Positions 8,474-17,544 of a stretch of 25,676 nt of DNA are shown here, piece by piece. Under the pieces are notes generated by a model. The model was not told the origin of the DNA. It made no database searches and saw nothing but the letters and a program-made list of their open reading frames with translations. The stretch is from Myxococcota bacterium (lineage in GTDB: Bacteria; Myxococcota_A; Polyangia; Polyangiales; Sandaracinaceae): contig JAYZQJ010000075.1 in the NCBI GenBank assembly GCA_036149055.1, forward strand, positions 1-25,676. Direction: 5' to 3'. Position 1 is the first letter of the stretch, and each line of letters opens with the position of its first letter. The position numbers and the translations under genes are program-made.

Positions 8474-10177
8474 ATGGTGACCTCCGCCACGCCTCCGACC
8501 GATCGCGCCCAGAAGCTGGAGCAGATCCGCGCCAAGCTCCTGCCGACGTTCCGGCGGGGCGTCAGCGCCAAGCGGCGGGTGCTCGGGCGCGCCCTCGCGG
8601 AGATGCGAAGGGGCGACGCGGCGGCCGAGGAGACGATCCGTCGGCTGGCCCATCAGCTCCGGGGCACTGGATCGAGCTACGGCGCCCCCGAGGTGAGCGT
8701 CGCCGCGGCCGCGGTCGAGGAGGCGCCGGAGGGCCACCTGGAGCGCCCGCTCCTGACCCTCCTCGAGGTGCTCCGCGGCGTGGCCGAGGGCACCGACCGC
8801 ACGCCCACCCGGGTGCTCTTCGTCGACGACGACCTCGCGATGCGGCAGCTCGCGGCGGAGGCGCTCGGCAGCGCGGGGCTGATCGTTCTCCCGGCGAAGG
8901 ACGCCGACGAGGCCCGCGCGCACCTCTCGGTGCTCGACTTCGACTGCGTGGTGCTCGATCTCTGCCTCGGCGAGGTCGACGGGCGGGAGATCCTCACGGA
9001 GCTGCGCGAGCAGTCGCCCACGCTGCCGGTGATCGTGGTCACCGCGCGCACCGAGACCACCGCCCGGGCGGAGTGCCTGGCCCTCGGCGCGACCCAGGTG
9101 TTCGTGAAGCCGCTCGACCTCGAGCTCCTCGGAGTCGCGGTGGACACGTCGGTGGAGCGGACCCGTCGCCTCTCGGAGGAGGCCCGGGTCGACGCGCTCA
9201 CCGGGCTGCCGAACCGGCGCGCGTTCGAGGTCTTCTTCGACGAGCAGCAGGCGCGGCGCGGCCGGACCGAGGCGCCGATGTGCCTGGCGGTGATCGACCT
9301 CGACCGCTTCAAGGACGTCAACGACACCTACGGACACACGATGGGTGACGAGGTGCTCCGGACGACCGCCGACGTGCTGGTGAAGACCTTCCGCGAGGGC
9401 GACATGGTCGCGCGGTGGGGCGGCGAGGAGATGACCGTGCTCTTCGTCGACACCACGCTCGAGAACGCCAATCGGGCGCTCGACCGAGCGCGCGGGGCGC
9501 TGTCTTCGACCTCCTTCGAGAGCGCGCCCGAGCTGCGCGTCACCTTCTCCGCCGGCCTCACCGAGGTCGCCATGGACGAGCAGCTCACCCACGCCTTCGC
9601 CGGCGCCGACGCCCGGCTCTATCACGCGAAGGCGGCCGGTCGCGATCGGGTGACGTCCGAGATCCCCGCCACCGCGCCCCGCCCCCGCATCCTGATCGCC
9701 GACGACGACGCGCTGATGATCCGATCGGTGCGCGGGCTGCTCGTGCGCGCGGGCTACGAGGTGGTGGCCTGCGAGGACGGCGACGACGCCCTCGAGCGCG
9801 CGAAGCGGGAGTCGTTCGCGCTCGTGATCCTCGACGGTCAGATGCCGCGCATGGACGGCTTCACCACCCTGGCCGCGCTCCGGCAGCTGCCGGGCTACCG
9901 CCGCGTCCCGATGATGATGCTCACCTCGCTGGGCGAGGACGAGCACGTCGAGCACGCCTTCGAGTGCGGGGCCGACGACTACCTGGAGAAGCCCTTCAAC
10001 CCGCGTCAGCTGCGAGCCCGGCTCCGGCGCATGCTCGTCCGCAGCGGCGTCCGGCAGGCGGCGATCACGCTCGCGAGCGAGCCGCCCGAGGACATGGGCT
10101 CGGAGGAGCGGAGCGCCGTTCGGATGCGCGTGGAGGTCGAAGGCGAGCCGTCGAAGCGCCGCGCGTCCGGGGGCTGA
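8474..10177 (+). CDS. Diguanylate cyclase response regulator (Hpt-REC-GGDEF-REC)
   Basis: Hpt LAHQLRGTGSSYG. REC1 VLFVDDD..VLD..KP. GGDEF DALTGLPNRR, DLDRFKDVNDTYGH, REGD (I-site) and GGEEM. REC2 ILIADDD..ILDGQMP..KPF. Confidence 0.9.
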   Translation: MVTSATPPTDRAQKLEQIRAKLLPTFRRGVSAKRRVLGRALAEMRRGDAAAEETIRRLAHQLRGTGSSYGAPEVSVAAAAVEEAPEGHLERPLLTLLEVLRGVAEGTDRTPTRVLFVDDDLAMRQLAAEALGSAGLIVLPAKDADEARAHLSVLDFDCVVLDLCLGEVDGREILTELREQSPTLPVIVVTARTETTARAECLALGATQVFVKPLDLELLGVAVDTSVERTRRLSEEARVDALTGLPNRRAFEVFFDEQQARRGRTEAPMCLAVIDLDRFKDVNDTYGHTMGDEVLRTTADVLVKTFREGDMVARWGGEEMTVLFVDTTLENANRALDRARGALSSTSFESAPELRVTFSAGLTEVAMDEQLTHAFAGADARLYHAKAAGRDRVTSEIPATAPRPRILIADDDALMIRSVRGLLVRAGYEVVACEDGDDALERAKRESFALVILDGQMPRMDGFTTLAALRQLPGYRRVPMMMLTSLGEDEHVEHAFECGADDYLEKPFNPRQLRARLRRMLVRSGVRQAAITLASEPPEDMGSEERSAVRMRVEVEGEPSKRRASGG

Positions 10178-10225
10178 ACGCCAGGGCAGGCGGATCGGCG
10201 GAACTGGCGCTAGGGTTGCCGCCGG

Positions 10226-13200
10226 ATGAGTCTGCCCCAGAGCATGCAGGAGCTGGAGAGCCGGCTGTTCTCGCTGGCCGGCGAGCGCATGGTGCACGAG
10301 CCGTTGGTCTCGGTGCTCATGCACGCCGATCACTCGGCGAGCCGCGTGCTGCACGACCACGGCCGGGCGCTCCGCGATCCGGTGGAGGACTTCTTCACCC
10401 GCCGCGGCAACTCGGAGCTGCGCGACTTCCTGAGCCAGAACGAGTGGGAGGCGGTGGTCAGCGCGTTCCTGTCCTGGGCCGGCGGGGAGGACGAGAGCGC
10501 CTACGTGCGCGCGCTCGACGCGGTCGACGAGCCGCCCCCGGAGCGCGGCGCGGAGCTGCGCGCGTGGCTCGAGGAGCACGGGGTCGAGGACGCGATGGCC
10601 GATCCGCTCGCCCGGGTCGCGCCGCTCGCGCCGACCTTCCGCGCCCGCGACAAGGCGCTGCGCTCGCCCAGCTCCACCATCGCGGACGGCCTCGGCGGCA
10701 TCCTGCCGGGGCGGCTGGGGAGCGATCTCGCGGCCGCCTCGCGCGCGTACCTCGCCTGGGTCGCCGGCCGCCGCCGCCTCGACGCCCGCCGCGAGCAGCT
10801 CTGGCAGCGCATGCCGGAGAGCCGCAGGCTCGAGGCCGCGATCGAGCGGGTGCGCGGAGTGCTCGACGCCCTGCGCGACCGGGACGTGGCGCCGCTGCCG
10901 CTCCCGGCCGCCGAGACCGAGGTCGAGGTCGATCCCAAGGCGCTGCTGGTGCGCATGACCTTCTCCCACCCGCACGGCTACGGGGGGCACGGGCAGGCGT
11001 GGATCTCGCTGGTCGAGCGGGTGGACGAGCGGGCGCGCTGCTCGCTCGACAGCGCCAAGGCGCAGGACCGGCGCCACCCCGAGCGGCTCGGCGTGCTCGC
11101 CGAGCGGGTGCTCGACGCCCTCCACGATCCGCAGGACGGCCTGCACGACGAGCTGCGGGTGCTGCTCGAGAAGCCGCGCTGGGATCGCCTGCTCGCGGAG
11201 CTCGAGGAGGAGGTCCGACCGGACGCGGGGCCGCCCCGGCCGTTCGAAGACGGCGAGCGGCTCGTCTGGCGTGTCGCCGGGCAGACCATCGAGCCGGCCA
11301 TCCAGAAGCGGCGCAAGAGCGGCGGCTGGACCAAGGGCCGGGTGACCGAGGCGCGCGAGATCCCCTACCAGGCGGGGCTCGACCCGCGGGACCGGCGGGT
11401 GGCCGAGGCCCTCGTCTCCCCGGGCCGCTTCAGCCCCGGCCAGGGCGGCGTCGGCACCGCGTTCGAGGCGCTGATCGGCCACCCCCGCGTGATCTTCACC
11501 GACGCCCCGACGCGCCCGGTCCGGGTGAAGCGCGGGCAGGTCTCGGTGAGCCTCGTCGAGCGCGAGGAGGGCACCTGGATCCGCTTCCGGCTCCAGGACG
11601 AGGTGTTCGAGCCGCACGAGATGGCGGCGGCGCGGGTGGAGCCGCGGCACGCGATCTTCCTCGACCCCGACGCGTCGCAGATCACCGTCGTGGACCTCCC
11701 GGGCTCGGTGCTCGCCATGGCCGAGGCGTGCGCGCGCTGGGAGACCGCGTTGCCCGCCGAGGCGGACGACACCCTGCTGAAGCTCCTCTACCGCCTGCCG
11801 CCGAGCGTGGGCGTCGAGCTGCCCCCGCGGCTCCGCGGCGAGCCCCGCGAGCCCGACATGCGGCCGGTGCTGCGGCTCGAGCCGCTCCCGGGCGGCGGCC
11901 TCCGGGTCACGGTGGCGGTGCGACCGCTGGCGACCGGCGCGGTGCAGCCTCCGGGCGAGGGCCCCACGCAGCTGGTCGGGCTCGACGGCGGAGAGCGGGT
12001 GCACACGGTGCGCGATCTGGCCGCCGAGCGACGCGCGTCGGAGCAGGTCGGGGCCGCGCTCGGCCTCGACGCGGGGGAGAGCGACGGACCGCACACGGTC
12101 CGCCTCGACGAGCCCGAGGACGCGCTGGAGCTGCTGCATCGCCTGCGCGAGCAGCCGGAGCTCGCCACGGTCGAGTGGCCCGAGGATCAGACGCCCTGGC
12201 GGGTGGTCGGCAGCGCGGGCTTCGGCAACCTCAAGGTCCGGTCCAAGAAGCTGACCGACTGGTTCGCGCTCGAGGGCGAGGCCGAGCTCGACGAGGGCAA
12301 GGTGCGGCTCGCGCAGATCATGGCCGCGCTCCGCGAGGGGCGCCGCTACGTGAAGCTCGGCAAGGGTCGCTTCGCGCGGATCGAGGACGATCTGCGCAAC
12401 AAGCTGGGCGCCGCGCAGGACGTGGTGTTCGAGGACGACGGCGAGCTCGGCGTGGCCGGCGCGGCGATCGGCGACCTCGAGGCGCTGCTGCCCGAGGATC
12501 GCTTCGAGGCCGACGCGGAGTGGCTGGAGACCAAGGCGCGCCTCCGGGCCGCCGCCGATCTCGAGCCCGAGGTGCCCGAGGGGCTCCAGGCGGATCTGCG
12601 CAGCTACCAGCGCGAGGGCATCACCTGGCTCGAGCGCGTGGCGAGCTGGTCGAGCGGCGCCTGCCTCGCCGACGACATGGGCCTCGGCAAGACGCTGCAG
12701 GCGCTCGCCCTGGCCCTCGAGCGCGAGGAGGAGGGCCCGACCCTCGTGGTCTGCCCCACCTCGCTGAGCGACAACTGGCGCAAGGAGTGCGAGCGCTTCA
12801 CCCCGGCGCTCCGCCCGAGGATCTACCGCGGCCCGGATCGGGCGGCGATGGTGAAGACCTTCGCGCCCGGCGACCTCGTGATCACGAGCTACGACATCCT
12901 GCTCCGGGACGTCGAGGCGCTGAGCCAGCTGCGGTTCGCGCTCGTGATCTTCGACGAGGCGCACGCGCTCAAGAACCCGGAGGCGGCGCGCACGAAGGCG
13001 GCGCGTCAGCTCGACGCGGGCTTCACCCTCGCGCTCACCGGCACCCCGCTCGAGAACCACCTCGGCGAGCTCTGGAGCCTCTACTCGATCCTGGTCCCCG
13101 GGCTCCTCGGGCCCTGGAAGCACTTCCGCGCGCGCTTCGCGATCCCGATCGAGCGCGACAACGACGCGGCCCGCCGCGAGCGGCTGCGCGAGATGCTCCG

Positions 13201-13960
13201 GCCGTTCCTGCTCCGGCGCACCAAGTCGCAGGTCGCGCCCGAGCTCCCGCCCCGCACCGAGGTGGTCCGCAGCATCGAGCTGTCCGACGACGAGCGCGCC
13301 CTCTACGAGGCCGAGCGGCGCCAGGCCCTCGAGCAGCTCGCGGCCCGGGCCGAGGACAACAAGAAGCGCTTCGCGGTGCTGGGAGCGCTCACCCGCCTCC
13401 GCCGGCTCGCCTGCCACCCCACCCTGGTGCACCCGGACTCGCGCGTCTCGAGCTCGAAGCTCGCCGAGCTGATGGAGCTGGCCGCCGATCTGCGCCGCGA
13501 GGGGCACCGCTCGCTCGTCTTCAGCCAGTTCACCTCGCACCTCGCCATCGTGCGCCGCGCGCTGGAGGCGAAGGGCTGGGAGATCCTCTACCTCGACGGC
13601 GCGACGCCGGCGGCGAAGCGGAGCGAGCTGGTGGAGCGCTGGCAGAAGGGCGACGCCCCGTTCTTCCTCATCTCGCTCAAGGCGGGCGGCACCGGCCTCA
13701 ACCTCACCGCCGCCGACACCGTCATCCACCTCGATCCGTGGTGGAACCCGGCGGTCGAGGACCAGGCGAGCGACCGCACCCACCGCATCGGTCAGGACAA
13801 GCCGGTCACCGTGGTTCGTCTCGTCTCGCAGGGCACGATCGAGGAGTCGGTCATGCAGCTGCACGAGGAGAAGCGCGACCTCGCGCGCGGCATCCTCGAG
13901 GGCGCGGAGTCGAACGCGAAGCTCTCGGTCGACGACCTCGTGTCGCTGCTCGAGGGCTGA
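10226..13960 (+). CDS. SNF2-family helicase/ATPase
   Basis: LRSYQREG, LADDMGLGKT, FDEAHALKN, LTGTPLEN, FSQF, ISLKAGGTGLNLTAAD, DPWWNP, QASDRTHRIGQ. Confidence 0.93.
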   Translation: MSLPQSMQELESRLFSLAGERMVHEPLVSVLMHADHSASRVLHDHGRALRDPVEDFFTRRGNSELRDFLSQNEWEAVVSAFLSWAGGEDESAYVRALDAVDEPPPERGAELRAWLEEHGVEDAMADPLARVAPLAPTFRARDKALRSPSSTIADGLGGILPGRLGSDLAAASRAYLAWVAGRRRLDARREQLWQRMPESRRLEAAIERVRGVLDALRDRDVAPLPLPAAETEVEVDPKALLVRMTFSHPHGYGGHGQAWISLVERVDERARCSLDSAKAQDRRHPERLGVLAERVLDALHDPQDGLHDELRVLLEKPRWDRLLAELEEEVRPDAGPPRPFEDGERLVWRVAGQTIEPAIQKRRKSGGWTKGRVTEAREIPYQAGLDPRDRRVAEALVSPGRFSPGQGGVGTAFEALIGHPRVIFTDAPTRPVRVKRGQVSVSLVEREEGTWIRFRLQDEVFEPHEMAAARVEPRHAIFLDPDASQITVVDLPGSVLAMAEACARWETALPAEADDTLLKLLYRLPPSVGVELPPRLRGEPREPDMRPVLRLEPLPGGGLRVTVAVRPLATGAVQPPGEGPTQLVGLDGGERVHTVRDLAAERRASEQVGAALGLDAGESDGPHTVRLDEPEDALELLHRLREQPELATVEWPEDQTPWRVVGSAGFGNLKVRSKKLTDWFALEGEAELDEGKVRLAQIMAALREGRRYVKLGKGRFARIEDDLRNKLGAAQDVVFEDDGELGVAGAAIGDLEALLPEDRFEADAEWLETKARLRAAADLEPEVPEGLQADLRSYQREGITWLERVASWSSGACLADDMGLGKTLQALALALEREEEGPTLVVCPTSLSDNWRKECERFTPALRPRIYRGPDRAAMVKTFAPGDLVITSYDILLRDVEALSQLRFALVIFDEAHALKNPEAARTKAARQLDAGFTLALTGTPLENHLGELWSLYSILVPGLLGPWKHFRARFAIPIERDNDAARRERLREMLRPFLLRRTKSQVAPELPPRTEVVRSIELSDDERALYEAERRQALEQLAARAEDNKKRFAVLGALTRLRRLACHPTLVHPDSRVSSSKLAELMELAADLRREGHRSLVFSQFTSHLAIVRRALEAKGWEILYLDGATPAAKRSELVERWQKGDAPFFLISLKAGGTGLNLTAADTVIHLDPWWNPAVEDQASDRTHRIGQDKPVTVVRLVSQGTIEESVMQLHEEKRDLARGILEGAESNAKLSVDDLVSLLEG

Positions 13961-13963
13961 CGC

Positions 13964-14737
13964 TCACATGGTGCGCGCGGACTCGAACTGAACCGACAGC
14001 TCGCCGTTCTCGGGGAAGTCGACCAGCACGCAGCTCGAGGTGAGGGTGCCGCTCATCCCGGCGCTGATCGTCATCTCGAGATCGCTGAAGCGGTCGCTGT
14101 CCATCGTCGGCGTGGTGTCGTTCCACATGACGAAGCGAGGGTGCGAGAACGAGATCGCGCTGCTGGCGGCCACGACCCGCACGTCGTTGAGCATCATGCC
14201 GCTCGCCACCCGGTTGGCGGTGAAGACCAGCTCCGCGCCCGGCAGCCCGACCTCCGCGAGGGGGATGCGGTTCTCGACGCCGTCGTCCACCGGGTAGGGC
14301 GAGGTCTGCCGGGTCATCGGACCGGGCCCCGGCTCCATCGGGTCCTCGGCGGGGCGCTCCGCCTCCGCCTCGATCCAGCGGCGCACCACGCTCGCCTCGG
14401 ACGCCTCCCACGCGGGGCCGCGGTGCGCGCCCTTGGTCACCAGGGTGCTCGCGTTCGGCTCGCCGGGCACGACGAGATCCGGGTAGGCGAGGACCGACCC
14501 GTAGTAGTCGCTGGGCTCGAGGAAGACCGGCGCGGTCGCGATGTCCTCGTGGCAGTTGCGGCAGCGCGCCTCGAGCAGCGGCTGGACCTCGGCGAGGAAC
14601 ATGGCCTCCGGATCGTCGCCGGGCCCGGGCCCCGGTCCCGTCCCCGGGCCGGTGGGCGCGGTGATGATCGCGGCCTCACACGCGACGAGGCCGAGCGCGA
14701 CCAGCGGCGCGAGCACGTGCGTGAAAGAGATGCGCAT
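13964..14737 (-). CDS. Putative monoheme c-type cytochrome lipoprotein
   Basis: Signal peptide with lipobox LVAC. FLAEVQPLLEARCRNCH resembles planctomycete-type cytochrome c domains (LVVPGEPNAS.L, later W-I). Beta-rich C-terminal domain. Confidence 0.72.
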   Translation of the reverse strand: MRISFTHVLAPLVALGLVACEAAIITAPTGPGTGPGPGPGDDPEAMFLAEVQPLLEARCRNCHEDIATAPVFLEPSDYYGSVLAYPDLVVPGEPNASTLVTKGAHRGPAWEASEASVVRRWIEAEAERPAEDPMEPGPGPMTRQTSPYPVDDGVENRIPLAEVGLPGAELVFTANRVASGMMLNDVRVVAASSAISFSHPRFVMWNDTTPTMDSDRFSDLEMTISAGMSGTLTSSCVLVDFPENGELSVQFESARTM

Positions 14738-14740
14738 CGA

Positions 14741-14756
14741 CGTGATATCGATCACG
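14741..14756. promoter_or_regulatory. CRP/FNR-like palindrome
   Basis: CGTGAT-ATCG-ATCACG (GTGA-N6-TCAC), 3 nt upstream of the 14737 start, in the divergent intergenic region. Confidence 0.4.
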
Positions 14757-14951
14757 GGGCATGCCAAGCTACCGCACGTGGAGAATTGGGCCAAGTCCCC
14801 GCCTTCGTGGAGCAAACTGGGGTGGAGGAGCAGGGGACGAGGGAACCCAGAGCGCTCCGTACTCCCCACCTCGAGGCCCGTGAGACCCAGCTCCACCGCC
14901 GATCTCGCGCCGCGCGTCGTTCGGCGCGGTCCCTGCAGAGCCACCGGGCTC

Positions 14952-15419
14952 ATGCGTCGCGCCGTGCGGATCCCGTGGCTCGCGCTCGCGCTCGCCGGCT
15001 GTGGCTTCGAGACTCCACCGGCCGACCCACCGGCGCCGAGCGCGATCGTGTTCGAGAACGAGGTCTATCCGATCCTGCTCCGGGACTGCGGCTTCCCCGA
15101 CTGCCACGGCTCGAGCGAGCGCTTCTTCCGGGTGTTCGGACCGAACCGGGCGCGGCTCGACGACGCGGTGACCGCGCTCGACGACCCGGCCACGCCCGAG
15201 GAGATCGCCGCCTCCTACGAGCGCGCCCGCTCGATGCTGAGCGGGGTCACCCGGCCCGAGGAGACCCTCCTGCTGCGCAAGCCGCTCGAGGTCGACGTCG
15301 GCGGCGCGCCGCACATGGGCATCGATCAGCACGGCCAGGACGTCTACCCGAGCCCCGACCACCCGAGCTTCCGCATCATGCAGGAGTGGGTCGCGCTCGG
15401 GTTCCCGGGGGCGCCATGA
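14952..15419 (+). CDS. Putative c-type cytochrome lipoprotein with a CX4CH motif
   Basis: Lipobox LAGC; FENEVYPILLRDCGFPDCH, LLLRKP, PHMG, IMQEW. Same pattern as 13964..14737. Confidence 0.72.
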   Translation: MRRAVRIPWLALALAGCGFETPPADPPAPSAIVFENEVYPILLRDCGFPDCHGSSERFFRVFGPNRARLDDAVTALDDPATPEEIAASYERARSMLSGVTRPEETLLLRKPLEVDVGGAPHMGIDQHGQDVYPSPDHPSFRIMQEWVALGFPGAP

Positions 15420-16132
15420 GGCGCGCGCTCCTGGCGGCGCTGATCGCGCTCGCCCCGGCCGAGGCCGCGGCGTTCTCGGAGTACGAGGAGTTCGAGCGCT
15501 CCGCCTTCGAGGGCGGCGGCGGCGGCCGCTACTTCACGGGCAGCTTCAACGACGGCTTCAGCTGCAACGTCTGCCACCGCGACGCCCCGCCGCCGACCGA
15601 CGGCGAGCTCACCGGCCTGCCGCTCGACGGCTACGTGGCCGGCGAGACCTACGCGCTGGAGCTCGAGCTGCCCGACGGCGCCTCCGGGGCCGCGCTCGAG
15701 GTGACCGACGAGCTCGGCAACGGCATGGGCACCCTGGAGCTCGTCGGCGGCCCTCAGCCCGCGGATCTCTGCCTCCCGGTCGACGGCGCGCCCGCCGAGC
15801 CGGCGGCTCACCTCAACGACCTCCCCCAGAGCCGGCGCGTGGCCACGGTCGACGGCTGCGGCGCCAGCCGCCTCCGGGTCACCTGGACGGCGCCGGCGAG
15901 CCCGGCCGGCCCGATGTGGCTCCACGCCGGGGTGGTCGCGAGCGACGGCAGCGGCGACCCGACCGGCGACGGCGTGCTGACCTACTCCCAGGTCATCGCC
16001 CCCCTCGGTGACCGCGCCGAGCGAACCCGCGTGGGCACCGGCTGCGCCACCTCGCCTCCCTCGTCTACCGGCCTCCTCGCTTCGTTCTTCTTCTTCGGGC
16101 TGCTGCTCGTTCGAGCGCGATCACTTCGGTGA
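15416..16132 (+). CDS. Exported CxxCH protein with a Reeler-like domain and MYXO-CTERM-like sorting tail
   Basis: ATGA overlap with the upstream stop, signal peptide ending AAA, FSCNVCH, GYVAGETYALEL, WTAP, SDGSGDPTGD. Tail GTGC - Ser/Pro linker - hydrophobic helix - basic RARSLR. Confidence 0.7.
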   Translation: MRRALLAALIALAPAEAAAFSEYEEFERSAFEGGGGGRYFTGSFNDGFSCNVCHRDAPPPTDGELTGLPLDGYVAGETYALELELPDGASGAALEVTDELGNGMGTLELVGGPQPADLCLPVDGAPAEPAAHLNDLPQSRRVATVDGCGASRLRVTWTAPASPAGPMWLHAGVVASDGSGDPTGDGVLTYSQVIAPLGDRAERTRVGTGCATSPPSSTGLLASFFFFGLLLVRARSLR

Positions 16133-16366
16133 CCCCCTTCGGACGCGATGCTTCGGCGACCACTAGTTTTTCTCGCTTCGTCTTCGAACGCGGTGCTTCG
16201 GTGACCACTATTTTTTCTAGCAGAGGCGCGGAGACGCAGAGGTCGGGTGGGCAGCGCCATCCCTCTCGCCGTGCTTCGCCTTCGAACGCGGTGCTTCGGT
16301 GACCACTATTTTTTCTCGCAGAGGCGCAGAGACGCAGAGGTCGGGTGGGCAGCGCCATCCCTCTCG
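16110..16366 (+). repeat. Tandem REP-like repeat: two 94-bp copies (16175..16268, 16273..16366; period 98) plus degenerate partial copies at 16110 and 16138
   Basis: The two copies differ at 3 positions. Motif TTCGAACGCGGTGCTTCGGTGACC occurs four times, two of them degenerate. Contains CGCAGAGGCGCAGAGACGCAGAG. Confidence 0.9.
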
Positions 16367-16510
16367 ATCGGCTCGACGCGGCTGAGCACCGAGACGGCGA
16401 GCTCCTGAGCACGGTGCGGGACGACTGCGCCGCTCGAGCCTGGTCGTCATCGGTCCGCCTCCCGGTCGTTCTCGGTCCGCCTCGTCCGAGGCCGACTCCG
16501 GCACCGTGAC

Positions 16511-16686
<176 letters not shown>

Positions 16687-16764
16687 ATTTCGAGTCCCGC
16701 TCCACGTTGGCGCGGAGCGCGTTCTCGCCCGTGCCTGCGAGTGGATCGGCTGACCTGGGGACGC

Positions 16765-16995
16765 GGCGGCGGGGCCGGGCAGCGGGACCGGCCGCGGGCC
16801 CGGCAGCGGCGGCGGGGCCGGCAGCGGGACCGGCAGCGGCAGCGGGACCGGCAGCGGCAGCGGGACCGGCAGCGGCGGCGGGACCGGCAGCGGCGGCGGG
16901 ACCGGCAGCGGCGGCGGGACCGGCAGCGGCGGCGGGGCCGGCAGCGGGACCGGCAGCGGCAGCGGGGCCGGCAGCGGTGGCGGGACCGGCAGCGG
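16765..16995 (+). repeat. 12/18-bp minisatellite (GGGACCGGCAGCGGCGGC)n
   Basis: Directly visible tandem units with 12-bp variants. Confidence 0.93.
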
Positions 16996-16998
16996 AAG

Positions 16999-17200
16999 CG
17001 GACTCGGAAGCGGACTCGGACTCGGACTCGGATTCGGATTCGGAGCCGGACTCGGATTCGGAGCCGGACTCGGACTCGGACTCGGACTCGGACTCGGACT
17101 CGGACTCGGACTCGGACTCGGACTCGGACTCGGATTCGGAGCCGGACTCGGATTCGGAGCCGGACTCGGACTCGGACTCGGATTCGGATTCGGACTCGGA
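16999..17200 (+). repeat. Hexamer microsatellite (CGGACT/CGGATT)n
   Basis: Directly visible tandem hexamers. The reverse complement (CCGAGT)n mirrors the 16511 array. Confidence 0.95.
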
Positions 17201-17290
17201 AGCGGCTTCGGCCTCGGACGAGCCCCGGTGACGAGCGCCCCGCCCGCCCCCCTCTGCGCCGCTGCGCCTCTGCGCGAAATTAACTGCAGC

Positions 17291-17515
17291 CCGGAACCCG
17301 GCGGCCAGCCCCCATCCCGCCGCCACCCTGCCCTCTTGGCGGCTTGGCGCCTTTGCGAGAGATAAATTGCTATCCGGAACCCGGCGGCCAGCCCCCATCC
17401 CGCCGCCACCCTGCCCTCTTGGCGGCTTGGCGTCTTTGCGAGAGATAAATCGCTACCCGGAACCCGGCGGCCAGCCTCCATCCCGCCGCCACCCTGCCCT
17501 CTTCGCGGCTTGGCG
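17291..17515 (+). repeat. 83-bp tandem repeat, ~2.7 copies (starts 17291, 17374, 17457)
   Basis: CCGGAACCCGGCGGCCAGCCCCCATCCCGCCGCCACCCTGCCCTCTTGGCGGCTTGGCG... repeated with few mismatches. Confidence 0.93.
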
Positions 17516-17544
17516 CGAGAGCGGAAGGCCCAGCGGAGGAGGCG

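Noticed and set aside
10226..13960. SNF2 helicase as part of an anti-phage system
   Set aside because: No neighbouring nuclease, methylase or other defence genes; it looks like a stand-alone SNF2.
8435..14043. Very long alternative ORFs (1809 aa minus, 1542 aa plus) and similar ones at 1747..4566 and 20954..24712
   Set aside because: Shadow frames of real genes in GC-rich DNA, with Arg/Ala/Gly-biased or antisense-type composition and no motifs.
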